Source: Candidatus Woesearchaeota archaeon
GTDB taxonomy: Archaea; Nanobdellota; Nanobdellia; Pacearchaeales; GW2011-AR1
Length of the DNA stretch: 64,000 nt
Assembly (NCBI GenBank): GCA_964363345.1
Contig: CAYIHY010000001.1
Coordinates: forward strand, 7,483-71,482
Direction: 5' to 3'
The translations under genes were made by a program, and so were the position numbers. This document shows, in pieces, positions 53,852-63,487 of the stretch. A model generated the notes under the pieces. That model made no database searches, was not told where the DNA came from, and saw only the letters and a program-made list of their open reading frames with translations. Positions within the stretch are counted from its first letter, which is position 1. Every line of letters begins with the position of its first letter.

Positions 53852-56653
53852 CTAATACACTCCAGGGTTTACGGTTTCTAATTCAGCAGGATATTCTGTA
53901 TCAAGATAAGTTTGATTAAGTTTAATCTCTGTTGGATAAGATATCTCCCAGATTTTAATTGGACCTTGTACTCCCTGGTAATAAACAAAATCTTCAACAT
54001 TCATCCCCTGTTGTTTTAAACTATCCATCAATAAATTTCCTTCGGTATGAACTAATTTAAAATAATTTGAGGGTTCATTAAATAAATATAGTTTTACTAA
54101 TTCTGAATTAACTGTTCTCTCACTCAAATAAAATGCCGCTCCGATTGGATTAATCTTCGTTTTTCCGTCTGAAGATGGACTAATCGATGGGAATATATAA
54201 ATCCCCCCCTCAAATCCCGAATCAAAATTATACAATTTTCCATTTATGTAAATATGTTTCAATGGAAGTTGATGCTGATTCCCATTGTAACTTATGAAAA
54301 CTTTTGGTTGAGAGATTTCATTATTTTTGTTTTCTGAAAAAATAACCCCCATGATTATCGCTTTCCTTTGAGGAAGAAGAATTTCTTTTCCATTATCCAG
54401 AAAAATAAAATCCTGATCAATTGGGGTTCCAACAGGATATACATAATTTGTTCCATTATTTGTTTCACTAATCTGTGTTTCATCTAAGAATATTGTTGGG
54501 ATCCATGAATATCTATCATAGCTTCCATTTGAACCAATACTTGAAAATGCACCATATTTTCCAATATCCGTTGAATCAATTAAAAGATGAGTTCCCTTGT
54601 GGGTATAAAGGAAATCCAAGGCTTCTCTTTCGTTAGTTCCGGTTAAAACGTTTCTCCCCATAAAATAATCCCAGTATCCAATTGCATTTCCGCCATCTAA
54701 TATAGTCGCTCTTTCGCCTATTGATTGCACCCAGTATCCATAATCCCACCAGTGTGCGAATACCGCGGTCGTCGGAGTATTATCTCGTACCCAGGCCATT
54801 GTTTTTTGCCATTGCCATTGATACAATCCGGGAACATAATTTTCCGCAGTATTTTTATCTGTTTGATAATATGTCCAAATAGTAAAAATCGCAGACATTA
54901 AAATCAGAAGAACTAAAATTCCCCCAATCAATTTTTTAAAATCTTCTTTTTCAGAAAGATAATTTTTTATTGTTTTAACTATTAAAAATCCAATAACTAT
55001 CGGACTTACCGCCCCGAGAACCATGATAAGTCTTACTGCGCCTCTCGCCGCCATGATTGTTATTGTTAAGATGATTAAATAAAATATATAAGCAAAATTT
55101 AATTCTGAAAATTCAGCAACTTTTCCTTCTTTATTTTTTTTGTAATACAGCCTAACCAAAGTCCCGATAAAAAATAAAGCCCCCCCAAAATAAACTAGCA
55201 AACTTAGCAGATTATCCCCATTAAGGATACTGCTCGAAGAATATTTGCTGAATATTAAACTACTTAAAAAAATCAGGTAACTTATTATTAAAATTCTTTT
55301 CTCTTTTTTCTCCAAATATTTTACTGCATAGCTAAAAAGAAATACTGCCCCCGCAAAAAATAACCAAAAATAAAGAGGGATATTAAATGCAGAAGGACCA
55401 AAAGAATCCGCCCAATCATTCATAAAATAAGATTGTTTGTTTTCTGCAACGGTTATACTGAATCTCCCTTGACTTATCGGATTGATTGTACTGGAAATAA
55501 CATCTTCAACCATTCTTGGAACAAATGAGATTCCAACTGTAACAGAAGCCAATATCACTAATAATAATCCTCCTAAGATAACCGAACTTATTTGGTGAGG
55601 TAATTTTATCTTGTTGAATTTTTGTTTAATCTTCGAGTCTTTTCCGAATATGATTAAGTCAATTAGTAAGATAAAAAAGACAATAAAACATAATGCCGTT
55701 GAAGTGGATTTAATTAGGTCTATAATATTATATCTTTCTGAGAAAGGAGTTGTGAATGCAATAAACCCGACAATCCAGACCGAAAAATAATAAAATTTAT
55801 TTCTATCGATTCTTCCAAGAATAAATTCTATAAAAACAGTTCCCGCAATAATCACAAATACCAAGTCTCCAAATCCGGAAATTAAACTTAAGATTCCTGT
55901 TGAAATCCCGGCAAGGGTCCCGAATATAAGCCCTCTTTTTAATTTATCTGAAGTAAAGGCTTCAAGGAAAAAATAAAATGCAATGAATATAAAAAAGAAA
56001 GCCGCGGATTCTTTTTCAGGAATTCCTGCAATTGCTCTTGGCAAAAGTGAAGGGACTAAAACGAAAAAAGCAGTTGATATCAATGCGATTACATTAGCTG
56101 TTTTTTTATCTTCTTTATAGAATAATTTCCTTGCAAAAATAAAAAATGCAATTCCAGTCAGAACTGCCATAACTACTGGGAAAATAATTGCAGCATATGT
56201 AACGCTGGCGTTGCTGTTAAAAATAGAAATTAAATGATAAAACCAGCTTATCATATAAGGAAGAAGAATTGTTTCCCCCGAAGGGTCAACCGGAGAACAG
56301 GATGCTCCTGAACAAATCTGCGCTGTTGGGACATATCTCATCAAATCTAATACGAATAATTTTCCGTGTTCTGCAATATATTTTGCCCATCGTAAAAATA
56401 AAAAAGGATCCAAGTCTGGCCCCAAAGTCCAGTTATTTGTGGCAATATCCCACAACCCCGGTTTTCCCGTTGAGGGATTTATTTTCATTGGCAAGATTCT
56501 GATATAAACACTAACAGAAAGTATTACCGCAAGTATAGCATAAATTACTAAATTTGTTTTTTCTTTAAAAAAATGAATTAGATTTTTTTTTCTGTTTTCT
56601 ATCTCTTTGCCGATAGAATCTTCTTTTGAATTATTCATCACTTCCATCCTCAA
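53852..56653 (-). CDS. aglB: Archaeal oligosaccharyltransferase AglB (STT3 family)
   Basis: The WWDYGYW signature (AHWWDYGYWVQSIGERATILDGGNA); 13-TM N-terminal domain with the DxD-type loop (LGPDLDPFLFLRWAKY); large C-terminal periplasmic-type domain; 933 aa. Confidence 0.85.
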   Translation of the reverse strand: MRMEVMNNSKEDSIGKEIENRKKNLIHFFKEKTNLVIYAILAVILSVSVYIRILPMKINPSTGKPGLWDIATNNWTLGPDLDPFLFLRWAKYIAEHGKLFVLDLMRYVPTAQICSGASCSPVDPSGETILLPYMISWFYHLISIFNSNASVTYAAIIFPVVMAVLTGIAFFIFARKLFYKEDKKTANVIALISTAFFVLVPSLLPRAIAGIPEKESAAFFFIFIAFYFFLEAFTSDKLKRGLIFGTLAGISTGILSLISGFGDLVFVIIAGTVFIEFILGRIDRNKFYYFSVWIVGFIAFTTPFSERYNIIDLIKSTSTALCFIVFFILLIDLIIFGKDSKIKQKFNKIKLPHQISSVILGGLLLVILASVTVGISFVPRMVEDVISSTINPISQGRFSITVAENKQSYFMNDWADSFGPSAFNIPLYFWLFFAGAVFLFSYAVKYLEKKEKRILIISYLIFLSSLIFSKYSSSSILNGDNLLSLLVYFGGALFFIGTLVRLYYKKNKEGKVAEFSELNFAYIFYLIILTITIMAARGAVRLIMVLGAVSPIVIGFLIVKTIKNYLSEKEDFKKLIGGILVLLILMSAIFTIWTYYQTDKNTAENYVPGLYQWQWQKTMAWVRDNTPTTAVFAHWWDYGYWVQSIGERATILDGGNAIGYWDYFMGRNVLTGTNEREALDFLYTHKGTHLLIDSTDIGKYGAFSSIGSNGSYDRYSWIPTIFLDETQISETNNGTNYVYPVGTPIDQDFIFLDNGKEILLPQRKAIIMGVIFSENKNNEISQPKVFISYNGNQHQLPLKHIYINGKLYNFDSGFEGGIYIFPSISPSSDGKTKINPIGAAFYLSERTVNSELVKLYLFNEPSNYFKLVHTEGNLLMDSLKQQGMNVEDFVYYQGVQGPIKIWEISYPTEIKLNQTYLDTEYPAELETVNPGVY

Positions 56654-56688
56654 AAATTGGAGTAAAAAACCTATTTAAACATTATGTA

Positions 56689-57549
56689 TTATTTGAACAG
56701 AAGCGGAGTAAAATAAACTTCTATAACTGCTGCACCGACTAAGATTATTGACGCAATTAAGATTAATGCGATTACATTAAGAACAACTTTGACGAATTTT
56801 TTATTTCCAATTCCGTGTCTTATTACTCCGACCCCCAAAATTCCGCCTGCAAGCGCAGTAATGAAATAAGCTGCAATTTCAGGGAATCCATGAATCATAT
56901 ATCTAACTAATCCTAATGGAATCTCGCTGATTTTATAACTTGTGAATATTCCTATCGCCGCAGAGATAACACTTGCATTCCACGCTAAAACAAAAATTGC
57001 TCCTGCTCCGAAAATCAATGAAAAAATTAAAGTAAATATCATCACTCCGAAATTATTTTCTATTATAGAAAAAAATCTTGCCCCATTATTTAATGCGTTT
57101 GTTGATACTACTTGACTAGTGAAAGAATATTGTGCAATGCAATTTTCAACTGCTCCGGGATTATTTATATTGCAATAAGTTTCTATCTGCGCATTTAATA
57201 AATTGGGATCCTGAAGAACCGCATATCCGACGGAAAATGCGACTATAAAACCAAGGAAAAGCCAGAGGAATGCATAAATTGCATCTTTGTGCATTTTCCA
57301 AACTCCTAAAAATCCCTCTGTTTCTTCGTCTTCCATTTCTTCCTGCCTGAAAATAAAATACATAAATGGAATTGAAAACATCACACAAAATAAAACAACC
57401 ATCAGTCCAGAAAATTTCGCAAGGATTGTATCACTCTTAAAAAGAAAATGAACTAACAAAAGTGAAAGCGATGCATACAAAAAACCAATGAAAAACATTT
57501 TCCATGGTCCCTTCTCAGCTCTTTTTGGATTAATCAAAGACTCTAACAT
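56689..57549 (-). CDS. Hypothetical integral membrane protein
   Basis: 286 aa, 6-7 TM helices; immediately upstream of aglB on the same strand. Confidence 0.3.
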   Translation of the reverse strand: MLESLINPKRAEKGPWKMFFIGFLYASLSLLLVHFLFKSDTILAKFSGLMVVLFCVMFSIPFMYFIFRQEEMEDEETEGFLGVWKMHKDAIYAFLWLFLGFIVAFSVGYAVLQDPNLLNAQIETYCNINNPGAVENCIAQYSFTSQVVSTNALNNGARFFSIIENNFGVMIFTLIFSLIFGAGAIFVLAWNASVISAAIGIFTSYKISEIPLGLVRYMIHGFPEIAAYFITALAGGILGVGVIRHGIGNKKFVKVVLNVIALILIASIILVGAAVIEVYFTPLLFK

Positions 57550-57599
57550 ACAATCTTATAGAAAAGAGATTTTTTAAACTTTCATATCTTATTTTCTTA

Positions 57600-58424
57600 A
57601 TGGGCAACAAAAAAAGATTTGATAAAATAGTTAGTGATATAAAATCTGTAAAAATTCAGGGTGCAAGAAATATTGCAAAGGCCGCTTTTTTTGCTTATTC
57701 TTTAATTCCTACAAAAAATTCTATTAAAAAGCTTCTCTCTCTCCGCCCGACAGAGCCAATGGTTGAGAAAGTTTTATCTCTCGTCGGTAAAATGTCCGAC
57801 AAAAAAATTATTGAGCATTTTGATTCCGCGCAAAATCAGATTAACAAATATGTTTTGAAATTAATAAAGCCAAATGACAGAATTTTCACTCATTGTCATT
57901 CAACAAATGTTTCTAATGCTTTGATTTTCGCAAAAAAATCCTGGGCTAAGTTTGAAGTTTACAATACTGAAACACGCCCATTATTTCAGGGAAGAAAAAC
58001 TGCAAATGAATTGAGAAAGGCAGGAATAAAAGTTACAATGTTTGTTGATTCTGCGATGGCAACTGCAATTGAAAAAGGAAATTCAAAAGATAAAGTGTTT
58101 GTTGATAAAGTTTTTCTCGGCGCTGATGCTTTGCTTACAAACGGCGTAATAAATAAAATAGGAAGCGGAATGCTCGCAGAGCTCGCATATAATCACAAAA
58201 TTCCGTTTTATGTAATTGCAGATTCATGGAAATTTTCAAAAAAGAAAGTTCCAATAGAAAACCGTAGTTTGAATGAGGTTTGGAATCGTGCGCCAAAAAA
58301 TGTTAAAATAAAAAATCCTGCTTTTGAATTTGTTCCAGAAAAATATATTTCAGGAATTGTAACTGAATTAGGAATTATGAAATATAGGGATTTTGTAAAG
58401 AAGATGAGAAAGGAGAAAAAGTAA
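57600..58424 (+). CDS. eIF-2B alpha/beta/delta-like (e2b2) family protein (aIF-2BI / ribose-1,5-bisphosphate isomerase / MtnA-like)
   Basis: LGADALLTNGVINKIGS matches the conserved GAD.(I/L).NG...NKIGT block of the family; 274 aa. Confidence 0.6.
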   Translation: MGNKKRFDKIVSDIKSVKIQGARNIAKAAFFAYSLIPTKNSIKKLLSLRPTEPMVEKVLSLVGKMSDKKIIEHFDSAQNQINKYVLKLIKPNDRIFTHCHSTNVSNALIFAKKSWAKFEVYNTETRPLFQGRKTANELRKAGIKVTMFVDSAMATAIEKGNSKDKVFVDKVFLGADALLTNGVINKIGSGMLAELAYNHKIPFYVIADSWKFSKKKVPIENRSLNEVWNRAPKNVKIKNPAFEFVPEKYISGIVTELGIMKYRDFVKKMRKEKK

Positions 58425-58425
58425 A

Positions 58426-58962
58426 ATGCCACAAGCAGTTACTCATTTTTTAATTCCTGTAATTTTGCTTGAATTATTCAGAGAACTTTTTATTATGAAG
58501 AAAAAATCTTTCCCAGTTCATTATATTTTCATCGGCGGATTAGCCGGATTAATTCCCGATTTGGACATTGCAGTTTATTATTTTCTGAGTTTTTTTGGAT
58601 TTACAATTAAGGAAGTTCACAGAACTTTTTCCCATAATTTATTTGTTCCCTTGATTTTTGTTCTTCTTGGATTATTTTTCTCAAAATTTAAGAATAAAGA
58701 ATTGGGAGAGCATCATTTAAAATTAAGCAAAATATTTTTTGTAATTGCATTTGGAATTTTTATCCATCTGCTTCTTGACGCAACAATTTCAGGAATGATA
58801 ATGCCGTTCTATCCATTTTCAACTTTGACAATCGGATTAAATTTAGTAAACCTTCTTCCCCATCCTTGGCAGTCTACAATTTTGCCTACTCTCGACGCTA
58901 TTATGCTGATTTTATGGATGATTTATTTAGAAGTAAAGCACAAAATTTCTCAGTTTATTTAA
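58426..58962 (+). CDS. Membrane-bound metal-dependent hydrolase (DUF457/YdjM-like)
   Basis: N-terminal VTHFLIPVIL (His near the N-terminus) and HRTFSHNL; 4-5 TM helices; 178 aa. Confidence 0.4.
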   Translation: MPQAVTHFLIPVILLELFRELFIMKKKSFPVHYIFIGGLAGLIPDLDIAVYYFLSFFGFTIKEVHRTFSHNLFVPLIFVLLGLFFSKFKNKELGEHHLKLSKIFFVIAFGIFIHLLLDATISGMIMPFYPFSTLTIGLNLVNLLPHPWQSTILPTLDAIMLILWMIYLEVKHKISQFI

Positions 58963-59002
58963 AATAAGGAAAGTTTAAAAATAGAGTATTTGTGATAAAT
59001 TT

Positions 59003-59380
59003 ATGAATAAATTGCAAAAAATTATTGGTATCGGAGTGACGGTTTTAGGTTTGGCAAGCTGTATGCCTCCGAAACTTGAATATTCTGGAAATATTGAGGG
59101 AGAACAAGTTGCATATTTTGAACATTTGATTTACGATGGAGATTTTTGTACTTATGATGGATTTAGCCAATATGAAATAGACATAACAAAAAAAGATGGA
59201 ACTCAAATTAAATATTTTTGTAGAAGTTCAAAAGGAGAATTAATTCTTTTTGAAAAACAAATTAATAATGGCGAAACAACACGAACTTATAACCGAGGAG
59301 AGGTACTTCATACAAATGAGATAAAATCTGGACAGAGTGAAGTTAATAATTATATAAATAAAATTAGAGAATTTAAATAA
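59003..59380 (+). CDS. Putative secreted lipoprotein (lipobox-like LASC)
   Basis: N-terminal hydrophobic signal IGIGVTVLGLASCMPPK with Cys after the signal; 125 aa. Confidence 0.4.
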   Translation: MNKLQKIIGIGVTVLGLASCMPPKLEYSGNIEGEQVAYFEHLIYDGDFCTYDGFSQYEIDITKKDGTQIKYFCRSSKGELILFEKQINNGETTRTYNRGEVLHTNEIKSGQSEVNNYINKIREFK

Positions 59381-59386
59381 AAAATT

Positions 59387-60259
59387 ATGATAAAAGCAGA
59401 CTTAAAACATTGGGGAGGACGAAGAGGAGTAAACGGACCATATGAAATAGATTATGGAAGATTTGTTCAACAAGCCCGTAATAGGTTAGGAGATGGGGGA
59501 GTTGTAGGAATTCCAAATGCACGAGGACCAGATAATTTACTAGGTGCAGAATACAGATTTGAAGAACTTTATGATCTTGCAAAAAAATCAAATTCAATTA
59601 CTCCTTTAGGAGACGGAAGAGTTTTTCATGATAATGAATATAATATCTGGTTTGTTAAGTCTCAAGAAATCAATAGTAAATTTAATGAAAGAAAGTTAAC
59701 TTATTTAGCTTTTAATGTTCCTTTTGGAAAAAATTTCAAAGAATGGAATGACGAAGCTCTTTATAATGCAGAAGCAATAAATGTCTTAACTCTTCCATCT
59801 TGCATAGAACAAATAAAAACAGATACTCTGACATCTTTTCTAATGGAATATTTTGCCGGAGTCATTGTTCATTCAAGCAGTGCAGCGATTTTAAATGGAG
59901 TAAACAAACAAGCTGAAGAATCTTATAACCAATTTGTTAGGGGGAAAATCTTTGATGGGAGAAAAGGAACAATTCACCAAATCGGAGCAATTGTTGTGAG
60001 TGGAGGACATAGAACCCCTAAAGAAGGCTTACTTCAAAAAATTATTTCTCCAATTTCAATAGCTTCAAGTTATACTCCTCTTCCAGAATTTGAAGGAGAA
60101 ACTTTAGATGACTTTAACTATTGGTTAAAAACTTCAATAGAGGATTCTCAAGATACAGACAAACTTGTTAAGGGAAGTAGCATAAGAGAAATGGCTTTTC
60201 AGCATCTTCCCAGAATGATTCAAGGAGTATTAACCAGAGAAAGGAAAGCAATTAGATAA
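59387..60259 (+). CDS. Hypothetical protein
   Basis: 290-aa ORF, no recognised motif. Confidence 0.3.
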   Translation: MIKADLKHWGGRRGVNGPYEIDYGRFVQQARNRLGDGGVVGIPNARGPDNLLGAEYRFEELYDLAKKSNSITPLGDGRVFHDNEYNIWFVKSQEINSKFNERKLTYLAFNVPFGKNFKEWNDEALYNAEAINVLTLPSCIEQIKTDTLTSFLMEYFAGVIVHSSSAAILNGVNKQAEESYNQFVRGKIFDGRKGTIHQIGAIVVSGGHRTPKEGLLQKIISPISIASSYTPLPEFEGETLDDFNYWLKTSIEDSQDTDKLVKGSSIREMAFQHLPRMIQGVLTRERKAIR

Positions 60260-60277
60260 TTAACATTAATAAAAATT

Positions 60278-61198
60278 TTATGCAGCTCTCTCATATTGTC
60301 TTTGCTGAACATGACGATTTTCTTGCTTTTCCCAATCTTTATTAAACAATTTGTTCAACACAATCATCAAGACGTGATGAAAAATTCTGTAAATTGGAAT
60401 TGGGTGGTAATGAGTTTCAAAATTATTTTCTCTGACTTGATTATTTATTGAATCTCTAAATACTCTTTCAGAAGAATATTTTAATGATTCTGATTTGAAT
60501 ATATTGTAGCACTTTCCTATATCTTTTGGATGATGTCCATCCGCATCTGTGATTAATGGAATATTATATTTTTTAGAATATTTAATTACTTTATAATCCG
60601 CAAATGAAAATGGGAGGTAAAAATTTCCATTTCTTTCTAAAGCATCGACTTTATCAGATATTTCTTTAGGATTTTTTGATTTGGCCATAACTCCATTCTG
60701 TCCTCTTATTCCGCAAAATGGATGGTCTGCAATTTTTAATTCGCCGTCATTTGATTCTTTAAGAGTTTCATCTAATGATTTCCCATCAGAAAATTTTTTT
60801 CCTCTTTTTATTCCTGCAAAAAGCATATGCCCTTGTTCTGTTGGAACCTCTTCAGATTTTCCAATTGCTTTAACTTTCCCATCTTTTTTAACAAATGTAA
60901 AGTAATCTCCTTGTTCTATTTGATAACCCGCAAGTTTTGCAATTTCTAATTGTTCTTTTGAAGTCCAATTTTCATATCTTGAATCAGAAAAATTAGTGAC
61001 ATATAAAACATCTAGGTCTGATTTATACAATCCATTCAAAAGCTGAGACAAATTCTCAAAACCTTCAGATAAAAATAATCCTTTGATCTTATTTTTCAAT
61101 CCTTTTTGTTTTTGTCTGAATACGCTTCCAGTCTGTCCGTGATTATGAAAATCAATTCTAATTTCTTTATTTTTTGCTAATTCTTCTAATAATGTCAT
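60278..61198 (-). CDS. Hypothetical protein, possible PHP-like phosphoesterase
   Basis: N-terminal IRIDFHNHGQTGS resembles the PHP-domain HxH start; weak. Confidence 0.25.
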   Translation of the reverse strand: MTLLEELAKNKEIRIDFHNHGQTGSVFRQKQKGLKNKIKGLFLSEGFENLSQLLNGLYKSDLDVLYVTNFSDSRYENWTSKEQLEIAKLAGYQIEQGDYFTFVKKDGKVKAIGKSEEVPTEQGHMLFAGIKRGKKFSDGKSLDETLKESNDGELKIADHPFCGIRGQNGVMAKSKNPKEISDKVDALERNGNFYLPFSFADYKVIKYSKKYNIPLITDADGHHPKDIGKCYNIFKSESLKYSSERVFRDSINNQVRENNFETHYHPIPIYRIFHHVLMIVLNKLFNKDWEKQENRHVQQRQYERAA

Positions 61199-61232
61199 TA
61201 CTACAGAATTAAGAAATATCTTATAAATGTTT

Positions 61233-61955
61233 CTACATATAATCTTCCGAGTTTGATTTTGGCAAATATCCCAAGACTTTTTCTAAATGAGATAAATCAA
61301 TAAATTTCTCAGAATTATCTGAAACACAAACAATATCTGCATTTTCTTCGAAGTTAATTGCTCTTTTTACTATTTCAATTAAATCTTCGTGGCTTAACCA
61401 GGTTGAAAAATCAAAAGGATAATTTGTATAAGGTTTATCTTCTGAACTAACTCCCCCCAGTCTTAAGTTTAAATATTTTATTCCAAATCCTTCACTATAA
61501 TTTTTTAATAAATTTTCACACATTATTTTTGAGATAGAATACATCCCTCTTCCTGTTCCGTCTTTCCATTCTTTAACATTTGGTTTTAGCGGAGTGTCTT
61601 TAGTGATTTTCTTTCCTTCTCGGTATAAATTATCGAAATCATAAACATGAATTGAACTTGAGAAAATAATTCTTTTAACCTCACCTGAAACACTTGCATT
61701 AAGCACATTCCACATCATTAAAACATTTTCTTCTGCTTTTTCAAAATCAATATAAGGCTGAGGATTTGCAGCTAAATGTATTGCTAAATTTGCCCCCTTA
61801 AAATATCCGGAGAGATCATCTTTTAAGATATCAATCCCAAGCTTCTTGTCAATTAAAATAAGTTCATGCTCCAACAAAGCTTTTTTAACCACTTGTCCAA
61901 CAGTTCCTTCAGAATCTGTAATTAATATTTTCATTCTTCTTTCCCATTTTCGCAC
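61233..61955 (-). CDS. Short NAD-dependent epimerase/dehydratase-like (extended-SDR-related) protein
   Basis: MKILITDSEGTVGQVV (Gly-rich NAD motif variant); YSISKIMCE (YxxxK); 240 aa. Confidence 0.45.
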   Translation of the reverse strand: MRKWERRMKILITDSEGTVGQVVKKALLEHELILIDKKLGIDILKDDLSGYFKGANLAIHLAANPQPYIDFEKAEENVLMMWNVLNASVSGEVKRIIFSSSIHVYDFDNLYREGKKITKDTPLKPNVKEWKDGTGRGMYSISKIMCENLLKNYSEGFGIKYLNLRLGGVSSEDKPYTNYPFDFSTWLSHEDLIEIVKRAINFEENADIVCVSDNSEKFIDLSHLEKVLGYLPKSNSEDYM

Positions 61956-62380
61956 TCACATTCTCCTTCTCCGCAATGTTGACATTCGTGTGGTTGAGTT
62001 TGTTCCATCGTTCTGTTGATTTCTTTTCCCAATTCATCAAGATTATTCTCTAATTCAGTTTTTATTCCTTCTAATTTTTTAATCTGTTCTAAAATTAATT
62101 TTTTTGTATCAGGAATATTTTTCGTTACAAGATTTCCGTTTCCGATATCAACATTAAGTTCTTCAGAAATTAATTTAGCCTTTACAAAAATTCCTTTTCC
62201 TAACGGAGCATAAATTTCCTTTCCCGTATTTCCAACAAGTTCGTCCATCGCAAAATTAAGAGAAGTCAAATCAACAATTCCATTTTCAACCGCTTCAATC
62301 TGCTGCTGCATTTCTCTTATTTGTTTTTCATACATTGCAAACTTAAAATAAAGTTCCTGCTGTTCTTGTTCATTTTCCAT
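61931..62380 (-). CDS. Prefoldin alpha-subunit-like coiled-coil protein with an acidic Cys/His-rich C-terminal tail
   Basis: Coiled coil - beta hairpins (IYAPLGKGIFVKAKL; VDIGNGNLVTKN) - coiled coil, i.e. the prefoldin alpha layout; tail HECQHCGEGECECENGKEE. Confidence 0.5.
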   Translation of the reverse strand: MENEQEQQELYFKFAMYEKQIREMQQQIEAVENGIVDLTSLNFAMDELVGNTGKEIYAPLGKGIFVKAKLISEELNVDIGNGNLVTKNIPDTKKLILEQIKKLEGIKTELENNLDELGKEINRTMEQTQPHECQHCGEGECECENGKEE

Positions 62381-62414
62381 GGGAATTAGATTTAGTTTTG
62401 GCTTTTAAAAGTTA

Positions 62415-62873
62415 CTATTTTGAATTCTTAAAAAGAATTTTCATATTGTTAAATAAAACCCCTAAAACAAAGAAAATAATTATTATTAAAGAAAGTAAAA
62501 AATATACTATTCCAATATTAAAGAAAAAATAAGAATAAAAGGCAATTATTAAAAACAAAATAATTTCTCCCATCCAAGCAGTTCTAGAAAAAAATGTTTT
62601 ATCCAATTGTTTTTTCATCTTTACTTCATCTATCTTCTCCATTAATGTTATTTGAATCCTTTTCTTAGTTCCGCAACCTAAGATTGCTAAAACCGAATAA
62701 ATAAGGCAAATAAATCCAAAATACAAACTTAAAATTTTAAAAGTAAAGTTATATAAAAAAGGTTCTCCATATGAAAGATAAATTATTGCTAAAGATATTA
62801 ACACTCCTGTAGAAAAGATAGTCCAAATCTGCTTTTCATATTCTATAATGTCCGTCATAATTAACCTGTTCAA
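62415..62873 (-). CDS. Hypothetical small membrane protein
   Basis: 152 aa, 4 TM helices. Confidence 0.3.
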   Translation of the reverse strand: MNRLIMTDIIEYEKQIWTIFSTGVLISLAIIYLSYGEPFLYNFTFKILSLYFGFICLIYSVLAILGCGTKKRIQITLMEKIDEVKMKKQLDKTFFSRTAWMGEIILFLIIAFYSYFFFNIGIVYFLLSLIIIIFFVLGVLFNNMKILFKNSK

Positions 62874-62899
62874 GGTAACTTTAAATCATTTATCTTCTT

Positions 62900-63451
62900 T
62901 TAAACAACCTTCATATACTTTCTAAGAAATCCACTGAATACAATCGTGAAGATAAAATAAAACCAGAACCAGCTCAAAAATCCAAAGAATATTGGATCTC
63001 CCATTGCAGTGAAAACATCAGTGAACCATCTGAAGAATAAAACAAACGGAATACCTGTAAATAAAATTGCTCTGCTGGTAAGTCTAAAAGTTCTTGGAAG
63101 AAATTCCATTTGTTTCTTCGACAATTCAGCAACTTTTTCAGGGTGGTCTTTGAATTTTTTCATTTCTTCCTGAAGAATTTTCTGTTCTGCTCTAAGTTCT
63201 TTCAATGCTTTTTGGTCTGTCGCATATTTCTGAATCAAAGTTGTTATTAATGAAATAATCAAAACAATAAGCATCATTCCCCAAGTAACATTCCAGTTTA
63301 GCAACGCTCCTGCGCTTGGATTAAGAACCGCATGAACAGAATCTTTTATAATTGGAATCTTGTCCCAATAACCTGCAATAACTAAAGAAGCAATCATTAC
63401 AATAATTATCGGAAGAAAACTTCCTTTCTTATTTTGATTTAAATTTTCCAT
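62900..63451 (-). CDS. DUF106-family membrane protein (archaeal EMC3/TMCO1/YidC-like insertase homolog)
   Basis: TM1 - long basic coiled-coil (LKELRAEQKILQEEMKKFKDHPEKVAELSKKQMEFL) - TM2/TM3, the characteristic DUF106 layout; adjacent to secY. Confidence 0.5.
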   Translation of the reverse strand: MENLNQNKKGSFLPIIIVMIASLVIAGYWDKIPIIKDSVHAVLNPSAGALLNWNVTWGMMLIVLIISLITTLIQKYATDQKALKELRAEQKILQEEMKKFKDHPEKVAELSKKQMEFLPRTFRLTSRAILFTGIPFVLFFRWFTDVFTAMGDPIFFGFLSWFWFYFIFTIVFSGFLRKYMKVV

Positions 63452-63487
63452 TTTATATATTTGAAGATGGTATTTTGATTTTTAAAT

